Shown here piece after piece: positions 60,323-64,000 of a DNA stretch of 64,000 bases. The notes beneath the pieces were generated by a model that did no database searches, was not told the DNA's origin, and saw only the letters and a list, made by a program, of their open reading frames with translations. The stretch lies in the NCBI GenBank assembly GCA_963586665.1, contig CAVABC010000005.1, positions 1,781-65,780 of the forward strand, in the 5' to 3' direction. Source of the DNA: Acutalibacteraceae bacterium (GTDB taxonomy: Bacteria > Bacillota > Clostridia > Lachnospirales > Lachnospiraceae). How positions within the stretch are numbered: the stretch's first letter is position 1; each line of letters opens with the position of its first letter. The translations under genes were made by a program, and so were the position numbers.

Positions 60323-60869
60323 TTTTAAGATATTAAACGGCAATGCATTGAATAACACAACATCCAACTTCGTCTTAATAAATGGCAGAAACTCGCCAAA
60401 TGATGCAATCAGCTGATCCATCGGCATAAATGTTTCAAACAGTGGCAGAAGAATAAAATAATTTACAATCGCTGCTGCTATTCCCATAACCACACTTGAA
60501 ATAACACATGCCCATATTGCCATCTTCTTTGTCTTTTTATATTTATATATAAAACCAGCAGTCAGTACATAGGATGCACCCATCAGGAAATTAGCAAGTT
60601 CACCAATTCCTCCCGTTGATGTTGACAGAAGCTGTAATATATTCTTTATCAGTTCTATCATCACCCCCCGTAACCGATCCAAACGCAAATGCTCCAATCA
60701 GTGCAGGTAAATCTGACAGATCCATTCGTGCAAATGATGGACTCAAAGGAACCGGAAACTCTAAAAATGCCAGCACATATGATATAGCTGCCAGTAAAGC
60801 TGTCATTGTTATAGTCCTTGTAGAAACCAGATTTTCTCTTTTTTTAATAAATGCTGTATTGTTACTCAT
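60323..60869 (-). pseudogene. ribU: Riboflavin ECF S component (RibU), frameshifted and 3'-truncated
   Basis: DLSDLPALIG then IELIKNIL..IGELANF..PFNILK in another frame; shift at C6 run 60664-60669; downstream of FMN riboswitch. Confidence 0.85.
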
Positions 60870-60900
60870 AAATCTCCTTTTACAAGATATGTCTGAATTT

Positions 60901-60932
60901 AAAACAGCCCGCAGGACTGGATTTCCTGCGGG
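60901..60932 (-). terminator. Expression-platform terminator of the FMN riboswitch
   Basis: CCCGCAGGA...TCCTGCGGG followed by CTGTTTT on the minus strand. Confidence 0.75.
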
Positions 60933-60944
60933 ACTTGCTTTATC

Positions 60945-61055
60945 ATATCTTCTCTCATCCGGACTTTATCGTCGGTTATGGAATTGCACCATATCAGCTT
61001 TTTGCTCGCAGACTATACTGCCGGTCAGGAATTACACCTTGCCCCGAAGACTATA
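60945..61055 (-). ncRNA. FMN riboswitch (RFN element)
   Basis: TCTTCGGGGCAAGGTGTAATTCCTGACCGGCAGT...CCGACGATAAAGTCCGGATGAGAGAAGA. Confidence 0.92.
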
Positions 61056-61075
61056 ATTTTTTCTATTGATTATCT

Positions 61076-61471
61076 TTAAAATTCATAAGGTGGATTTCCA
61101 GAGAAATCTGCGATTACACCATGAGGATTTTCAAGATAGAATACCTCAAAAATAGGATTATCTGCTGTCTGATACTGTCCCTTAACGATAGGATTATTCA
61201 TGCATCCTTCCTTTGCGCTCATGTTGTTCTCAAATACTGCTTTGCCATGAAGACGAATCCATGCGTATTCAGGCGAAGAAACAGAAACTTCTACCTCAGG
61301 ATTTGCTAACATATCCTTGTAAACGTCCTTTGTGTTATTTGTACAGAACCAAAGCTTTCCATCCTGCTCGAAACAGAACATGAATGGACGGCATTTTGCC
61401 TTTCCATCTCTTCCGACTGTTGCTAAATACTGAACCGGGTTTTTCTGTAAAAATTCTACTACTTTCTGCAT
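61076..61471 (-). CDS. Pyridoxamine 5'-phosphate oxidase-like FMN-binding split-barrel protein
   Basis: YLATV.DG..KCRPF, LWFCT..K.VY, NPEVE, WIRL.G. Confidence 0.85.
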   Translation of the reverse strand: MQKVVEFLQKNPVQYLATVGRDGKAKCRPFMFCFEQDGKLWFCTNNTKDVYKDMLANPEVEVSVSSPEYAWIRLHGKAVFENNMSAKEGCMNNPIVKGQYQTADNPIFEVFYLENPHGVIADFSGNPPYEF

Positions 61472-61494
61472 TTTAAATTACCTCCTTGTTTCGT

Positions 61495-61591
61495 TGTAAC
61501 TTCGTTTGTTACATCATGTGATTGTACTATAGCATTTGTTTAATGTAATGTCAATAGTTACATCAAACTTTTTGTAACTTTTTTTGTTACA
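61495..61591. promoter_or_regulatory. Three TGTAAY-N7-GTTACA operators around a minus-strand sigmaA promoter
   Basis: Sites 61495-61513, 61544-61562, 61573-61591; TTGACA-17bp-TATAGT at 61554..61526. Confidence 0.8.
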
Positions 61592-61683
61592 ACATTCTTT
61601 AAAGGTTTCACATTGATTATGACAAACGAAAAAGGCTTCGGAAATTGTGATGATATAATCACGCATCCGAAGCCTTCTGTATG

Positions 61684-62118
61684 TTAGCCTTTCTCTGTAT
61701 ACACTGCAATATCTTTTTTCACATCAGCAAGTGTCATTTCTGAAAGTTTTTCCTCCATTGCCCGCTGCACCTCTAACAATCTCTTATCAAGAACATGATG
61801 AATATTTTTTCCTACCGGACATTTCTGATTTGGGTTCTCATGAAAATGAAACAATTGTTCATCTGGTGCACATTCCACTGCTTTATACACATCAAGAAAT
61901 GTAATCTGCTCCAATGGTCTGGTAATTGTTACACCGCCTGTCCCTCTTGCAACTTCAATAAGACCGGCAGCCTTTAACTGTTGCAATATTTTACGGACAA
62001 TCACCGGATTAGTTCCAATGCTTGCTGCCATAAAATCACTTGTCATCTTTTGATCTGAAAATGTATCTATACAAGCAAACATATGAATTGCCATTGTAAA
62101 TCTGCTGGAAATCTGCAT
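61684..62118 (-). CDS. Rrf2-family transcriptional regulator (YwnA/SaiR-like)
   Basis: ISSRFTMAIH, SIGTNPVIVR, RGTGG, HENPNQKCPVG; start ATG 62118 after GAGGTG. Confidence 0.9.
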   Translation of the reverse strand: MQISSRFTMAIHMFACIDTFSDQKMTSDFMAASIGTNPVIVRKILQQLKAAGLIEVARGTGGVTITRPLEQITFLDVYKAVECAPDEQLFHFHENPNQKCPVGKNIHHVLDKRLLEVQRAMEEKLSEMTLADVKKDIAVYTEKG

Positions 62119-62160
62119 TGTCAACACCTCTCTTTGACAGTAATCATATCAAAAAATAGA

Positions 62161-62179
62161 TGTCATTTCAACGGTTACA
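62161..62179. promoter_or_regulatory. Fourth operator copy upstream of the Rrf2 gene (probable autoregulation)
   Basis: TGTCAT-N7-GTTACA. Confidence 0.6.
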
Positions 62180-62369
62180 TTATTGTTAAAAATCTAATAT
62201 AAAATAATCAATAGACTGCTATTAGAAAAACAGGAAGATACTTCACAAAATCTTCCTGTTTTACTTTTTGTTTTAGTAATATCCTCGTTCTTCTCGCCAG
62301 TCTTTCACATAATATCGGATTCCGATATAGATCACATGCACCAAAAGTAACAGTGCAATGAGGTTTGTA

Positions 62370-62470
62370 GTGAAAGATGGGGTGAGTTGACGTCCAGTGG
62401 ACGTCATGCTACGAACTGACCGAAGCGGAGCGAAGACTTTGAACCTTGGGTTCAAGTCTCGCTTCCACTT
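62370..62470. repeat. tRNA-derived palindromic element with a REP-like insert
   Basis: Degenerate tRNA 3'-end copies in both orientations flanking TGACGTCCAGTGGACGTCA. Confidence 0.55.
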
Positions 62471-62478
62471 CTAAAACT

Positions 62479-62510
62479 AAAAAGAGCTAAGCCATAGGCT
62501 TAACTCTTTT
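62479..62510. terminator. Bidirectional terminator after tRNA-Leu(AAG)
   Basis: AAAAGAGCTAAGCC-ata-GGCTTAACTCTTTT. Confidence 0.8.
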
Positions 62511-62520
62511 GATTTTATAA

Positions 62521-62605
62521 TGCGGAAGATGGGACTTGAACCCACACGACTGCAATAGCCACAAGATCCTTAGTCTTGCTCGTCTGCCAGTTCCGACACT
62601 TCCGC
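62521..62605 (-). tRNA. tRNA-Leu, anticodon AAG
   Basis: Anticodon arm CAAGA-CTAAGGA-TCTTG, long variable arm, intact acceptor and T arms; CCA not encoded. Confidence 0.93.
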
Positions 62606-62720
62606 GTTTTATTTAGTTCGTAAGGTGTTTCCCTCACGCGACTTGATTATAATACCAAAAAATATTATATAATGCAAGTACTTTTTTAAATTTTTTAATT
62701 TTTTTACATTGTAGACAATG

Positions 62721-62981
62721 CTATGCAAGTTGCTCCGTAGTATATGGTAATACAGTTTTCCCTTGTGTTATATCGTCCCACCAGTTTCCTATTTCAGATG
62801 GTAAATCTATTCCTTTATCCTGATATGAAATTCCCTTTAGTCCAATCGCATCTCTTGCCATTTCAACCGCATCTGCCATTCCATATCCTTCTGTTAAAAT
62901 ATCTAAATCCGGTACCTCTATCAATACTGTATCTTTTTCATCATTTAATGGTGTAAATATTACCGGATATACCTGTTTCAT
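62721..62981 (-). pseudogene. Orphan HicB-like antitoxin, C-terminally truncated
   Basis: VYPVIF..VPDL..TEG..DAVEMARDAIG..LPS then unrelated tail; no RHH domain and no hicA next to it. Confidence 0.7.
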
Positions 62982-63011
62982 ATAATCAGCCTCCATTTAA
63001 TCCTATAACTA

Positions 63012-63070
63012 AAGGGGCAAAAGGTATCATCGAATTACATGCAATTCGATGTATACCTTAGCGACCCTTT
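63012..63070. repeat. Long imperfect hairpin downstream of the MCP gene
   Basis: AAAGGG..AAGGTAT-CATCGAATT / AATTCGATG-ATACCTT..CCCTTT. Confidence 0.6.
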
Positions 63071-63107
63071 AATCATGATATGAGACCCAAAAGACATTTT
63101 GTCACTA

Positions 63108-64000
63108 TTATACATTCACAAAATTCTCTGATTCTTCTTTAAGATTCTTAGCAACGCTGCTATTTTCCTGCATCTGACCATTAACATCTGAAATAGACTG
63201 TACAAGTGAATCCACATTCATAGCTGCATCTGTTACTCCATTGGCACTTTCCTCAACCGCCTGACTAATACCTTCGATTGCTTCTGCTATTTCCGTCATA
63301 CGTTCTAGAATATTCCTTGCATTCTCAGCATAAGCCGTCATCGACTCATCAATATGTACTGCGTCATCACTATACTGCTGACCACTCTTAACAAATGATC
63401 CATAATCTGGAAGAATAGTGTCATTTATATATGAAATGATTTTCTCTGATGATTTCACAAGTCCCTGAACTGCAAGAATAACCATTTCATTTATACTCTG
63501 GATATTGTTAGCAGTCTCACGACTCGAATCCGCAAGCTGTCTAATTTCATCAGCAACCACCGCAAAGCCTTTTCCCGCTTCACCGGCTCTGGCAGCCTCA
63601 ATCGAAGCATTAAGCGCAAGTAAGTTAGTCTGGCTAGAAATGCTAAGTATCTCATCTGTAAGCTGTGACACTTTTTCAACACTCTTACTGTTATCAAGCG
63701 CTTCCTGCATCTCTTCGGTAATCTGTTTTATCACAGCACTTGTATTATCCATATTCTCTTTTGCGCCTTTTTCAAGTTCAACCGCACGGATCTTCATCTG
63801 CTGTGCATATCCCGATAACATGTCCGTCTGTTCTGCCATATCCTTTACCATTTCCTCAGCCGAACCAGTGCTATCACTGACATTATTTGTAGTCGCAGAT
63901 ACTTCTTCCATAGTGGCAGATAACTCTTCCATTATAGCAGATATGTCATTTGCACTGTCATTTGAAGAAGCAACGCTTGAAGCAACATTCCCAACAACTC
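63108..64000 (-). CDS. Methyl-accepting chemotaxis protein, 3' part (begins beyond the window)
   Basis: [31 protein letters not shown]; frame stays open to the window edge. Confidence 0.95.
   Translation of the reverse strand, partial: VVGNVASSVASSNDSANDISAIMEELSATMEEVSATTNNVSDSTGSAEEMVKDMAEQTDMLSGYAQQMKIRAVELEKGAKENMDNTSAVIKQITEEMQEALDNSKSVEKVSQLTDEILSISSQTNLLALNASIEAARAGEAGKGFAVVADEIRQLADSSRETANNIQSINEMVILAVQGLVKSSEKIISYINDTILPDYGSFVKSGQQYSDDAVHIDESMTAYAENARNILERMTEIAEAIEGISQAVEESANGVTDAAMNVDSLVQSISDVNGQMQENSSVAKNLKEESENFVNV

Overview
Chromosomal window of a Firmicute, very probably a Lachnospiraceae gut bacterium (inferred from gene content and order). Most genes are on the minus strand and are housekeeping: clpC, pfk, a heterodimeric ABC exporter, ldh, leuA, four-subunit PFOR, the priA-def-fmt-rsmB-rlmN-stp-stk-rsgA-rpe-thiN cluster, pyrBI, RNase P RNA, dgt-dnaG-sigA-trmK and two tRNA-Leu genes. 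Between the tRNAs lies a decayed accessory island (Rrf2 regulator with four operators, FMN riboswitch, broken ribU, truncated SirTM sirtuin plus Zn-macrodomain, gene fragments). Most noteworthy items: (1) an 8 x 53-bp array of hairpin-forming units directly upstream of a nuclease-like gene that appears internally deleted; (2) a near-consensus sigmaA promoter covered by a DtxR-type palindrome that can only make an ~80-nt ORF-less transcript, a candidate metal-regulated sRNA; (3) a LeuA enzyme fused to an AraC DNA-binding domain; (4) a dockerin-bearing autolysin next to a membrane-anchored cohesin-like protein; (5) several long foldback intergenic elements; (6) a tRNA-Leu with an AAG anticodon. 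All calls come from reading the sequence and recalling family motifs; no database searches were run.
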